Program-made: the position numbers and the translations under genes | Notes under the pieces: generated by a model | What the model was told of the DNA's origin: nothing | What the model saw: only the letters and a program-made list of their open reading frames with translations | Databases searched by the model: none | Part shown: positions 1 to 12,090 of the stretch, piece after piece | Numbering within the stretch: position 1 is the stretch's first letter | Layout of the letters: the number at the start of each line of letters is the position of its first letter | DNA from: Camelus dromedarius | Lineage: Eukaryota | NCBI RefSeq assembly: GCF_036321535.1 | Contig: NC_087440.1 | Location: forward strand, 29,326,001-29,390,000 | DNA length: 64,000 nucleotides | Reading direction: 5' to 3'

Positions 1-464
1 GAAATAGAAGTTCAATTTTTGCCACACTAGAAAATAGTATTGGATTTTTTTTTTATTGACATTTAGTCATTTTACAATATGTCAATTTCTGGTGTACAGC
101 ATAAAGTTTCAGTCACACATATACATATATATATTCATTTTCATATTCTTTTCATTATAGGTTACTATAAGATATAGTTCTCTGTGCTGTACAATAGAAA
201 CTTGTTGTTTATTTTATATATAGTAGTTTGTCTCTGCAAATCTCTAACTTCCAATTTATCCTTTCCCACCCCCTGGACCCATATTAATCATAAGTTTGTT
301 TTCTATGCCTGTGAGTCTGTTTCCTGTTTTGTAAATAAGTTTATTTGTGTCTTTTTTTAGATTCCACATATAGGTGATGTCACATGGTATTTTTCTTTCT
401 CTTTCTGACTTACTTCACTTAGAATGATGATCTCCAGGTCCATCCATGTTCTTGCAAATGGCAT

Positions 465-611
465 NNNNNNNNNNNNNNNNNNNNNNNNNNNNNNNNNNNN
501 NNNNNNNNNNNNNNNNNNNNNNNNNNNNNNNNNNNNNNNNNNNNNNNNNNNNNNNNNNNNNNNNNNNNNNNNNNNNNNNNNNNNNNNNNNNNNNNNNNNN
601 NNNNNNNNNNN
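465..611. other. Assembly gap (147 N) inside L1
   Basis: Run of N. Confidence 0.99.
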
Positions 612-636
612 TGCATGTATCTTTTTGAATTAGTTC

Positions 637-765
637 NNNNNNNNNNNNNNNNNNNNNNNNNNNNNNNNNNNNNNNNNNNNNNNNNNNNNNNNNNNNNNNN
701 NNNNNNNNNNNNNNNNNNNNNNNNNNNNNNNNNNNNNNNNNNNNNNNNNNNNNNNNNNNNNNNNN
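637..765. other. Assembly gap (129 N) inside L1
   Basis: Run of N. Confidence 0.99.
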
Positions 766-1848
766 GTTCCCTTTTCTCCAGACCCTCTAAAGTATTTAAC
801 TTTTATGATGGGTAACTTTTATAAGGGGCTGATTTTGAAGGCCTAAGAGAATTCACAGATTTATAAGGTAGTTATGTAATTACAGTTTTTTTTTTTAAAG
901 AAAACAATGATATGATGAAAACAGAATTTTAAATGATGTTAAATTCCTAAAAACAAACCATATTTGTGGAGTGATGACATTATGTATCATCTACAAAATG
1001 AAATTCTATACAGCTGAAAAATTTAAGAATTTTTATGTGCTCATATGAACATAGTTTTAATGTTCTAAGTGAAACACCCAAGGAAGATAACTATGTATAT
1101 AGCATGAACATGGTTGTCTTAATAAAAGACAAATGTAAACATACACTAATACCCAAAACACATACACAACACACACACACACAAACTTGTCTGACTCTTG
1201 CTCCTGTGTTTCTATTTCAAAAGATTTCAGAAGATTAATACCATACTAATATGCATGTTATTTTTCTTAAAAGCTATCTCAGAAACAAATTGTTTACAGT
1301 TAGTTATCCTATTATGTGTGACTTGTTTTTTTCCATTAGTGTAAGCTTCTTTTATTTTTAAGTTAAAGGAAAATTACATTTCTAACAAATGTTTTTTAAA
1401 GTGATATTTGTTTCTGTTTTAAAATGCTTCAACATTCAATTTGTTATATGATTATAGTTCCCAATTTCTGTTGATTTTGTTTTAAAACTGATTTTAATCT
1501 AGATCCTGAATATGTATTATATAGTCCATTTATTCATTCATTCATTCAACAGACATTTGAGTGACATGCACTATTCTGGATACTAGAATGGGTATAAATT
1601 ACTTTGTGTATCTTTGGAAACTGCCTTGCTCTCTTTAAAAGCAGTTTCAAAAGTTAAGATTTCAAAAAGAAGTGTCAGTATGAATCCTTAAAATATTAGA
1701 CACATAATCTTTCTAGACATGGAGATGAATAACTTTACATACTTGATGTAATTTAGTACTTTACATCAATCCACGTTTCTCTGAGTAGGAAATTGGCCAA
1801 AAGATACATTTATATAGGGAAAAATACATTCACCCAGTTGGAAAATGT

Positions 1849-2027
1849 ACCCATGGGGTTGTCTTAAAGAAACAATATATAGCGTTGTGATGCTTCTTTC
1901 TGTTTCTGATGATTGGGAGAGTAAATTGCAGGAAATTAATAGGGTACAAGAAAAGGAGATGCAAGACTATTCCTGGGAGTAATATAAGGCACCTCCATAT
2001 GAAGTTATTTTCTTCTCTCTGGTAAGT
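1849..2027 (+). promoter_or_regulatory. Candidate OR4K13 promoter and first non-coding exon
   Basis: O/E(EBF)-like ACCCATGGGG 1849-1858 and TTCCTGGGAG 1970-1979, AAATTAAT at 1933, AATATAA at 1981, then splice donor TG|GTAAGT (GT 2022-2023), ~1.2 kb upstream of the CDS. Confidence 0.45.
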
Positions 2028-3209
2028 AATAATGGAAAAGAAGGCTATACTTTATTGAAAGAGCTTTGTAAAAACCTAGATGATTTAGAAATCACTAGTG
2101 ATGAAAGCAAGTTTTTGAAAAGCAAAGCCGGTAAAATCAGTTTTGCAATAAGCATGGGCTGATGACAAAGCTGTTTCATAAATGTAGATGATTTTACCGA
2201 AAGACCTGTATTTCTCTTACCAACATAGATTAGTTACCTCAAGCTCTTTTAGTCATTTTGAAGCCTGTGATAAATAAACCTGCACAAACCAACCAGTTAC
2301 CCTCTATATAGCAACAAACAAGCTATAAGAAAATGAATGAATGCAAACTGAATATGAAATAAATTCATTTACGTTTGGCTGTGGGTTTTCTTCATCCTTC
2401 ATATTGCTTACCAAATTCTATAAGAGGTGTTTGATGTGAATAATGTTAAATTTTGAGTGAGTTATTACATATATGTGTGTATATATATAATTATTCAAAA
2501 GTGTTTTTCAAAAGTGTGTAACAACCATCACTATTACTAGAATAAGCTTGAGGGATTGCTGCAAGAATGAATCAGGGAAGAGTGAGGGTACATTTCTCAG
2601 GACCTAAATCCTTACGTTTAATTAACTAATGTTTTCATTCATAGTTCTTTACTAGAATCTATTTCAAAATACGATTCTTGAGGATCCTAGATGTATTTTC
2701 TACATTTACAATTCCCAGATTAAAAGCAATATTATTCAGTGAATATAGAACCCACCATGATCACTATCTTATTCATGGAGATCTTTATAGCACAAAGATG
2801 TATTTGATATCATGTGATCCAACTTTTTAATTTTACTGAGGAGGAAATTTAATCCTCAAAAGGAGAGTTATTTGTCTTGGGGTGCACAATGACTAGCTCA
2901 GCTAGATGTTGTATTGAAGCCTTCTGATTCTAAGTTCACAATCTATACAGTTGTGGTTTCATGTACTGTTTTTATTTTTGTTTTTCAGAAGTACATATTC
3001 TAAATTCTACTGACTATTTGGTATACTTCTCTGGGCCATTTAGGAAATCACTGACCAATAAAAATCTCCCTGAAGTAGATGTCTGTAAGTTCAAGTACTT
3101 GGTCTGAGTAGCAAAACTGGACATCAATGTGAACCATCCTTTCTGTAAACACAATTTTCCTACTTCTTATTCTCACTCATTTTGATTATTATGGAATTAA
3201 GCTGACAGC

Positions 3210-4148
3210 ATGGAAAAGGCAAACCATTCAATGGTATCTGAGTTCATTTTGCTGGGACTTTCCAAATCTCAGAATCTTCAGATTTTATTCTTCCTGGGAT
3301 TCTCTGTGGTCTATGCAGGGATTGTTCTAGGAAACCTCCTCATCTTGGTCACTGTGACCTTTGACTCATGCCTTCACACACCAATGTATTTTCTGCTTAT
3401 CAATCTTTCCTGTATTGATACAATCCTGGCTTCTTTTGCTACCCCTAAGATGATTGTAGATTTCCTCCGAGAACGGAAGACCATCTCCTGGTGGGGATGT
3501 TATTCTCAGATGTTCTTCATGCACCTCCTAGGTGGGAGTGAGATGATGCTGCTTGTAGCCATGGCAATAGACAGATACGTTGCCATATGCAAACCCCTCC
3601 ATTACATGACCATCATGAGCCCTCGAGTGCTCATTGGGCTACTGTTATCCTCCTACGCAGTGGGATTTGTGCACTCATCTAGTCAAATGGCTTTCATGTT
3701 GAATTTGCCCTTCTGTGGTCCCAATGTAGTGGACAGCTTTTTCTGTGACCTTCCCCTTGTGATCAAACTTGCCTGCAAGGACACCTATATGCTGCAACTC
3801 CTGGTCATTGCTGACAGTGGCCTCTTGTCCCTGGTCTGCTTCCTCCTCTTGCTTGTCTCCTACACAGTAATCATATGCTCTGTTCAGCACTGCACTGCTA
3901 GTGGCTCCTCTAAGGCCTTCTCCATTCTCTCAGTGCACATCACAGTTGTGACTCTGTTCTTTGCCCCTTGTGTCTTTATCTATGTATGGCCCTTCAGCCG
4001 ATACTCTGTAGATAAAATTCTTTCTGTGTTTTATACAATTTTCACACCTCTCTTAAATCCCATTATTTATACACTAAGGAATCAAGAGGTAAAAGCAGCC
4101 ATTAAGAAGATAAGGACTCGACATATAAATTCAAAACATACTTTGTAG
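3210..4148 (+). CDS. OR4K13: Olfactory receptor 4K13, intact, 312 aa
   Basis: Single-exon 7TM ORF with NHS sequon, LHTPMYFLL, MAIDRYVAICKPLHY, FCGPN, KAFS, NPIIYTLRN. The ISWWGCYSQMFFMHLLGG and LACKDTY segments match human OR4K13 as I recall it. Confidence 0.93.
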   Translation: MEKANHSMVSEFILLGLSKSQNLQILFFLGFSVVYAGIVLGNLLILVTVTFDSCLHTPMYFLLINLSCIDTILASFATPKMIVDFLRERKTISWWGCYSQMFFMHLLGGSEMMLLVAMAIDRYVAICKPLHYMTIMSPRVLIGLLLSSYAVGFVHSSSQMAFMLNLPFCGPNVVDSFFCDLPLVIKLACKDTYMLQLLVIADSGLLSLVCFLLLLVSYTVIICSVQHCTASGSSKAFSILSVHITVVTLFFAPCVFIYVWPFSRYSVDKILSVFYTIFTPLLNPIIYTLRNQEVKAAIKKIRTRHINSKHTL

Positions 4149-4280
4149 ATGACACTTCTGAAGAGAGAATCTCTCATTTGGACATTGTTAACTTTAAATG
4201 TATTTCAACTTCTGTATAAGGAAACAGTAGGTATAACTGTTAAAAAGCAAACCCTTTTTTTGTCACCTATAATGATTAAA

Positions 4281-4375
4281 AGCATGGTGTCTACAGTCTG
4301 GCAGGCGTGCATTTAAATCTCACCTTCACCACTTCCTCTCATGCAAATTTGAACAAAATGAATGTTTAATCCTTA
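4281..4375 (+). mobile_element. MIR fragment
   Basis: agcatgg...atttaaatctcaccttcaccacttcct...tttgaacaa resembles the MIR core. Confidence 0.5.
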
Positions 4376-4689
4376 CAAAATACATTATTATTGTTGCTAT
4401 TATAGCTGTTGTTAGTAGTATTGATATTCTGCATTTACATGGTGTACACAGATGACATGTCACATAGTTGTTTAGCCAAGTGTCTGGCGAACCACTGTTC
4501 AGAGCTAGAGAACAGTATTTTGTAGGTAATCCCTACAAGTGTGTATTATTTTTTGTTTACTTGCTTGTCACAGTGATTCTAATCATTCTTCACATATTTT
4601 GTGAGCCTACGAAGTGCCAGAAGATATATTCAAGGCTTCATGAAACTTACAGTCTATGGATGGGGAGAGTGAACTAAATTTGCAATTGT

Positions 4690-4980
4690 GTTGTGGCATG
4701 AACAGCGCTACATTACATGGATGCACTAGGTGCTGGAGGAGTGCAGAGGAGTGGCATCTAAATCAGGGCAGGGGCAGGAAAGTATTCCAGGAGAGGGAAG
4801 CATTTAGGGTAAGCACTGGCAAGACAGAGAAGAAAGACATTCCAGACAAAGGGGGCAGTACAGGAGAATGCCTGGAAGCAGGAAGCATGACATATTGGAG
4901 GAAGGCATGTAAGTTTATTGAGCTGGGACAAGGGGGTTGATGGCAAGAGGTAGGGAAAATGCAGTCTGATCACACATTAT
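4690..4980 (-). mobile_element. L2 fragment
   Basis: Purine-rich L2-like text (ggaaagtattccaggagaggg...gacattccagacaaagggggcagtacagg...cctggaagcaggaagcatg). Confidence 0.55.
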
Positions 4981-5585
4981 TTTATTTTAATTTTGATGAG
5001 GTCATTTTCAATGTATTTTCTTGTTATTTCTGAAATGAAGAAAATCTACTCATATATACACATATATTTATGTATTTACTTGAAATTAGCTGCTAAACTA
5101 AACTCTAAATAACTCAGAATTTTAGTCAGTTTTGGGGGGATTTAGTGTATAACGTTTCATCTGTGTTAAGTCTATGTTTTCTTACTATTTTTCAGTATCT
5201 TATTTCATATTTTAGATCATGACATGTCTGGGACTTAATACAATTTCTGAATTCTTTTCCTAAAAGCTGAAGAACAAAATTAATATATGCCGTAAAATTT
5301 CTGAGATACCTCAACTCCAGCAAGGATAGTTGCTGATTTTAATATGTTTATACAATATGGTCAATAATTATACATTTTTATGCAAACGACATAGTATTTG
5401 GGATGATAAAAAGTACAGTTTGCATTTGGCTTATTTGATGTAGGTAAATTGACTAATTTCATTAGAGCTATTGTCAACATTTCCAATAGATAGAGGTTAA
5501 ACTTTTAGATAGTATAAGAAATCTAAGAAAATGAATCTAGTTACAACTCATAGCAAAAACAGAAACAAGTTTACAAGGAGCTTAT

Positions 5586-5599
5586 GCGCCACCTGGTGA
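5586..5599 (-). promoter_or_regulatory. CTCF-like motif
   Basis: Minus strand TCACCAGGTGGCGC, 13/14 match to CCASYAGRKGGCRS. Confidence 0.4.
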
Positions 5600-6354
5600 C
5601 TGCAGTCTCCTGTGTTCCTCTTTCTAGCTTTAAACAAGAAAGCAGAAATTAGGAAGAATTTACAAGGATTGGGTGAAGTTTTTCCAATCCCCTCAATAGA
5701 CAGGCTATATGCAGTCCTAAGTCCTGGACCTTCCGAAGAGGCAGTCAGGCTGACTGCCCTCCCACTGTTACCAAAATAGCCACTTCCACAGACACATTTT
5801 AATATTATTTTGCGTTTCCCTTCCCCTAGTACCCATCAGCTAAACCCAGAATTCCAGTGGACATCACAACCCATTAAGTCATCAGTAGGAACTAGACTCT
5901 TCTGAAAAAGGCAAGGCAGACTAGTGACAAGAAATGATCTGGATGTCAAAATCATGGGTTATGATTTTTTAAAATTTATTACCTATGATAGATTTATAAA
6001 GCTAAGTCTTTAACTGCCCTAAGAGTATGGATAAGCCTTCCAAATTTCAGGAGGAAACTAAAATATATATAATACTTATTATCACCTTAGTTTGCAAGAT
6101 TGTAACCCTTTGTTCAGAGTTATTCTCCCAAATGATTTTATTTTGAACATAATCAGTCAGATAGGTTGATTTGTCTCAAGAAAAATAGGAATTGTTTGTG
6201 GCTACTAAAAAAAGAGTAGTCAAAAGCAATTCTTTAGTCTGTATTCAAGACAGATTTTTTAAAAAATTAATAGAGTTGGATAAGAAATTATGTAAATAAC
6301 TAGGCTATCTAGTGAAGTCTTTGAGTATCTCAATGTTATTAACTAGTTGCTGTT

Positions 6355-6470
6355 TTTATCCTCATTTTTATGTATGAGGAAATTGTGGCAGAAGTACTTT
6401 ACAGTTTATGTAAGTTTCCACATCTAGCAAGTAGAAAAACTGAGATTCAAACTCGTCTGTTTTTAGAAAC
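6355..6470 (-). mobile_element. MIR fragment
   Basis: atcctcattttatgtatgaggaaattgtggcagaag...gagattcaaactc resembles the MIR core. Confidence 0.65.
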
Positions 6471-6825
6471 CATGCACCTCTGCACAATTCTTACGTTGCC
6501 TCTGAAGTAGTACCCAAATTTTGGAAACCAGATGTGTAAATAACCTCCTTTTCAAAATCCAGAAAGAGTTTAAAACATACCAGAGGGCTGGGAAGCTGAG
6601 TCCATGGACAAATAAAGCAAAGGCTAATTATTTTCTCCTATATACTCCAGAAAAAGAAGTGATATAGAACTTCAACTGTTAAGACTCACCTGCTCACAAG
6701 TATTGGGGTTTTGAAAAGGACCATATAATATAAATATGGTGAAATTTACAAATAGTGTTGATTGTAAAAAGCTAAACACTAAACAGTAAATAATTTATAA
6801 ATTTACCCATAGAAAGTCTAAAGAG

Positions 6826-7256
6826 AGGAGTGGGTAAGGTAGTGTCCCTCAAAGATTCATGTCCCCCTGGAACCTCAGAATGTGACCTTAGAAATAGCGT
6901 ATTTGTGAATACAATTAAGGTAAGAATCTAAATGAGATCATGCTGGACTAGGGAGCTCCCTAAGTTGAATGAGAGTGCCCAGAGGAGACAGAAAAGCACA
7001 CACAGTTACACAGACAAAAGGCGTATGAAGACGCAGTTAGGCAGAGATTGGAGCTACGCTGCCGCAAGACAAGGAACACCTGCTAGATGTTTGGAGGAAG
7101 CCAGAAAGGATGCTTCCCCAGACCCTTCGGAGGGAGCATGGCCCTGCTGACATGTGTATTTCAGACTTCTGACTACACCGTGTGGGAGATAAAATTTCTG
7201 TTTTAAGTCCCGATGCTTGTGGCAGTTTGTTATGGTGGTCCTAGGAAACTAATTCA
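6826..7256 (+). mobile_element. MaLR solo LTR (MLT1B/C/D-like)
   Basis: aaagattcatgtccccctggaacctcagaatgtgacctta...aggcagagattggag...ggaggaagccagaaagga...agggagcatggccctgctgac...cagacttctg...ttgttatgg...cctaggaaactaattca. Confidence 0.9.
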
Positions 7257-7499
7257 ACCAACAAAAGTAGCTTCTTGTACGAGAAAAAAATTAAAGCTAA
7301 AAACAAAGTTGCAGTATCAAATTAACATAAAAATCGAATATTGAATGATGTGAATTGATGGCAAGAATCTAGAAATAGAGGACTCATGCAGTGTGAGGGA
7401 ATTTTTGCACTATTTAATGAAATTAAATATATGCATACACTATTGCCAAGCAATCCCTCTCCCCCACACACAGGTGCTCAGTAAGTGGCAGCTGTCCCT

Positions 7500-8295
7500 A
7501 TAAAGACTGATGATGGGAAATGAGACTGCTTGGACAGACCCACCACTGACCTCAACACTTCTCCCTTCCTCTGTGCCACAGTGGCCCTGCCCAGGTGCCA
7601 ATGCCATCAGCCACCAGCCAGCCCCTGGGAGATTTTAATATGCCCCCTTGGAGACTGGTGAGGGGGTGCCCGTTCCAGAGCACTTCTTCCCAGGAAGGCT
7701 CATGGCTCAGCCTATAGGAGAGAGGCCAGTGTGGCATGTGGAGGAGACCCAGGACAGAGGGGAACAGAGAGGCTGGAACTCTGCTCCCATTCCTACCTCT
7801 ACTTCCCCGGGAGGTTGTCCCTCATCATTCATAGTGACCCTTGGAAGCTGCCCTGTCCTCTGAGAGCTCAGTCTCTGCTCTTCTTCCCTGTACTCAGCTC
7901 CATTGTGCTCTCAACTCTGCCAGAGAGTTCCCCCAAGCAGTTACAACACTGATCATTGTCTGGGTGGGGACCCCATCTATGTCCCCAGCACCTAGACCAG
8001 CATCGGGCACACCGAAGATTAGAACCAGAGAGGCTAAGCAGCTTCCAAAGATCAACCAGAGCTGGTCTAGGACTCCCACTTTTGATCACAAAGCTGGATT
8101 CCCTGTTCTCAGAGCCTTCAAGTAGGGATCAGTGGGAAGACTGTGCTGCCATTGGAGGCAGCATCTGGGAGCAGCATTCCAGCCTTGAGATCCTAGGAGG
8201 AAGGATCCCTCCACTGCAACAGGAGCTCAGCACCCAACAAGGCAGCCCATTTCCCATCTCATTGTGGGACTTTGGGGTCCCTTTTAATTATTAAA
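7500..8295. other. Unidentified GC-rich insert, possibly a decayed retrocopy
   Basis: Abrupt GC-rich block in AT-rich DNA. One + frame (7524-8294) has only two internal stops. Ends in attattaaaaaaa. No family recognised. Confidence 0.35.
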
Positions 8296-9603
8296 AAAAT
8301 GACTCTACTGAATATTTGTCCTCAAAGAAAACCTGGTACAGATATACAAAGTAGTAGAGCAAAAATGTCTTTAGAAATTACTCCAAACTAAAACATTACT
8401 CAATCATAATGCCTAGAAAAATCTGTTATACAGTAGGAATTAAATATTTGCTGAATAAACAAATTAATAAATAAAATAAAATTTCTCATTATGTGACAAA
8501 TAGATGTGAATGTTACGTTTGCTCTTAGCAAAACCCATAAAAAGGATATTGAAACCGTATTGTGTCAAAAAGAGAACATTTATTAAATACTAATATTTGA
8601 GTGAATTTGTTAACATCACACTAGAGAAAGTTTCTCTAAAGTCTTATTCCTCCATTAATCTCACACTAACATAGTCTGTAGTTAATGTTAAATACTCAAT
8701 ACATAGTAGTTTAAAAAAAAGTTGAGCAAGTGATTCTATGCCCTCCATGATGTTTTTTTACCTAAACCGGACCTCTTGGGTTAGAAATAACACCTTCCTT
8801 TTTGTGTACCGATTGTCCATGTTACATGGCATCTACCATAAAAATTTAACTTTCATTGCATTTTTTTTTTTTGTCAAGTGCCACTAATCAAGTCATCCCT
8901 TGAGGCTCATTTTTCTTATTCCCACTAGATTATTGCACAATCTCTGACATTTAATACGTTCTCAAGGCAAACTCATTTTAATCAATTAATGATTTAATTA
9001 TATGAGGAAGATTTAAAGATTTAAGGGGTATCAATTATGTCTTAACCATCTTCAGTTTTGATGTGGCAGTGAAATGGTCAATATATTTAAGAGGACAGTA
9101 GTGGCATGGGATTAGGAGGGAGAAAACAGTAGAAGAAAGTTGCTTATAGTAAAAATTATACTTTGGAAATCAGGATAATTGCAGGTTACTTATAGAAATC
9201 CCAATTTATATATTGATATCAGATGACCTTTTTTTTATTTGTTGGTCCCTGTACAATATAAGTTATTCTAAACATGCGTGGTTATCAAAGCTACTTCTTC
9301 TGTACATATCAAAATTGTTCCTTATTTGTAGTAATTTTAGTATTATTTTCTCTTACTGCCAGTAGCAGAGATTCCATTGAAATAAACGTCATTTCAAGGA
9401 ACATGTAGTGCCTAGGTTATATTAGTCATTACGTTAGGTGATGGAGTAGGACGGATAAAATATAATCCCTGATTTTGAAAACATTAATGTTTAGGCATTT
9501 CTAGAGAAACACATGTTAATACTATAATTTAAAAGACATCATTAGAGATTTTCTTTTCTTTTAATCTGTGGAAATATGGGATCATATTTCTGATATGAGC
9601 AGC

Positions 9604-10117
9604 TGTGGCCGGCAGCAGTCAGATAACCCGAGTGTGCGTGGAATCCTAGGAATCGTATGCAAAGCAGCAGAGGTAGAAGAGGCCAAATGAGCATTAAGGA
9701 AAGCAGCCGTCGTTGCTGTATGAATAGATGCTAGTGCTCCTTAATAACCGAGAGCAGTGGCAGATTTAGCTAAAGAATTTATTTTACAGGCTGGAGTGGA
9801 GGATTTTTGAAGTCATGGAAACTCTAAAACAGTTTTGAGAAAAAAGTTCATAACAAGAGAAGCAGTAAAAGTGATCAAAGAGCATTATTAAGAATGTTTC
9901 ATCGGGACGGTTGGCATAAAAAGAGTAGAAGGAAGCGTGGAAATATGCAGCCTATGGGAGTCAATGCGAGGCAACCTTATGGGGCTCCAGAAGGACTGTG
10001 GGCGAGTGTTTTAGTCTGATGTGCGTCAGACCCCTTCCCCAAGTAGTCTGGGCTATATAAACATTTTTATTCTACTTTTGATTTTGTGGGTTAATGTATG
10101 TGAAGAAATTCGCTACA
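9604..10117 (-). mobile_element. Probable ERV solo LTR, CpG-rich (young)
   Basis: 514 bp; the minus strand reads TGTAGCG...CCGGCCACA with AATAAA at 9778-9783 and many retained CpGs. No clean TSD. Confidence 0.55.
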
Positions 10118-10249
10118 GCTTCTACCAAACAGGCAGGGAACTACTAAAGCCCCCTTCAGGGTCAAAGGTGACATTGTTTGTGTCCCTCTGAGACTGCCTA
10201 TGGTCTGTGCCTGTCCCAGCCCCAGCCGCCGTGCCACGGCAGCTTTGGG

Positions 10250-10410
10250 TGCAGGACTCCCCAAGGACTGCCCCCAACCCAGCCTGCTCCAGCTTCAGAA
10301 GAGGCTCACCCACGCTGTGGCTTGAAATCTGCTTTACTCAAAGTTCACCAGTTTAAATGTCAATCTCGTTCAAAAACACTCTCCATGTTGACACATAAAA
10401 TTAATCATTA
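10250..10410 (-). mobile_element. MLT2 (ERV-L) LTR fragment
   Basis: Minus strand atgattaattttatgtgtcaac...gagtgtttttgaacgagattgacatttaaactgg...gagtaaagcagatt matches the MLT2 5' end. Confidence 0.75.
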
Positions 10411-11909
10411 TGTTTAATAAATCCTTCCCTACCTCCAAATCAAGTATTAAATTCCGTTGGTTGTCTCATGCTTCTCTGTAGCTCTTGGCTTTACATAATA
10501 TATCTGCACCCACATAATGACTGCATTTCAGAGACAAATGACAGTGATGTATGTAGCCTACTTCTACAATCTTTCTTTAGCAATTACGATCTCTGTGTTT
10601 TAAACAAAGAAACAGAAACTTAGAAAAGTTTTGTTATTTCTTTTAGTGAACCACAATTAGCTAATGCCATTGTAGAACTTGAATCTTTTTACTGCACTCA
10701 GATGCTGTCTTGGCAGAAAAATTCCTTATAAATTTGATAGTGCTTTTATACCTAATATGAAATTCAGTGTCATATGGATAGTTGCAAATGTGATTATCAT
10801 TTGTCAGAACATTCTAGGATATTGTAACTGGCATACAACCATTAGCAGAATAAGTTTGAATTAACTTCAAATGACTTGGAGAAGTAAATGGGATAATAAT
10901 TATAAATGATCTGCAAAATAACCAGGTCATTATACATGACCATATGAATCTGATTTTGAGAAAGCAAATATTTTGATATATATAAATCTGATGCTCCTGG
11001 TAGGAGTAATAAGCCTTATCCAAAGTATTATGCTAGATCAAAGTTACATAAAAAATAATGTGCAAGCTTGGCACATTTTCAACATATTTTTAGAATGTAA
11101 CCTGTTAATTTGATTATTTAAAAGAAAAGCACACTTTATACTCTACTAACTGAATAATAATACATTATGATTCTGCTTGAATTATTAAAATAATTGCAAT
11201 TATGTTAATATAATTTGACAGATCTTTAAAATGTTTCTTCCATTGTCAGTAGGGCAAATGAACATGATTCATTACCAAAACTTTCCACTGGAAGATAGTT
11301 CATTCCCCAGCCTCTATTATAGTAATTGGCCAAGAATGACCCATCTTTAAGGGATTCTTAATTTGACGGCAGAGAAGATATAAATATTTATATCTTAAAC
11401 CTGAGGGAGACTCAAATCTGCAGTTCTCTAGCTTCTTACGGTGATACTTTTCCTGAATTATTTTTTAAGAGGCAGGAAAAAGAGATGGTTAGATCCTCTC
11501 TGGAATAAAAATATGTATGTTTTCCAAAGTTTCATTCAAGTATAGTAGATATGAAATACAAATTGAGGGATTTGCAATGTCAGCGCTGAGCATTTTAACT
11601 TCAGGTTAGTAAAATTTCTTCGGTATGTTTAGTGAATATGTGTCTGAAAATACCAGTTGAATAGAGACTAATTTATTCTACTATCTTGCACATTAAATCA
11701 TTGGAGTAAATTATATTAACTTGTCAGCTAAAAATAAATTTTTTCATTATTGTATTTGTTTTTAAATAACATTTGTAGGTATACAAAGTCAACCTTATTT
11801 TTTTCCTGAGTACAAATATAACGTTCATTTAATGATCTTTAAAAAGCCTTTGCAAATCATAAAAGTTTCTCTGAAATTAGAAACATATTTAAGTTTATTT
11901 TATTCTACT

Positions 11910-12090
11910 TCTTTTAGCATCCATTTTTAAAAGAGCTTATTGAGATATAATTTGCATACCACTTGCAAACCATTGAGTTAAGCATTCACTTTAAGTGTTC
12001 AATTCAGTGGTTTTTAGAATATGTACAGAGTTGTGCAGCCACCGCCAATATCTAATTTTGGAACATCTTTGATTCACTGACAAAAAAAAA
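11910..12090 (-). mobile_element. Old L1 3' end fragment
   Basis: gagcttattgagatataatttgcatacc...aattcagtggtttttag...acagagttgtgcagccacc. Confidence 0.75.

Larger units (their letters stand above)
45..789 (-). mobile_element. L1 (LINE-1) 3' end, artiodactyl/camelid type, antisense, containing two N gaps
   Basis: T-rich head at ~45, then typical antisense L1 3'UTR text (ttagattccacatataggtga..., tccaggtccatccatgtt...gcaaatggcat, tgcatgtatctttttgaattag, gttcccttttctcca). Confidence 0.9.

Noticed and set aside
419-815. ORFs made mostly of X (also 21175-21585 and 28063-28445)
   Set aside because: They run through N gaps inside L1; not genes.
3675-3890. Short ORFs antisense to or overlapping OR coding regions (also 14907-15822, 22574-22804, 30651-30872, 33146-33481, 43472-44144, 53991-54242)
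   Set aside because: Shadow frames of OR codon usage with no independent support.
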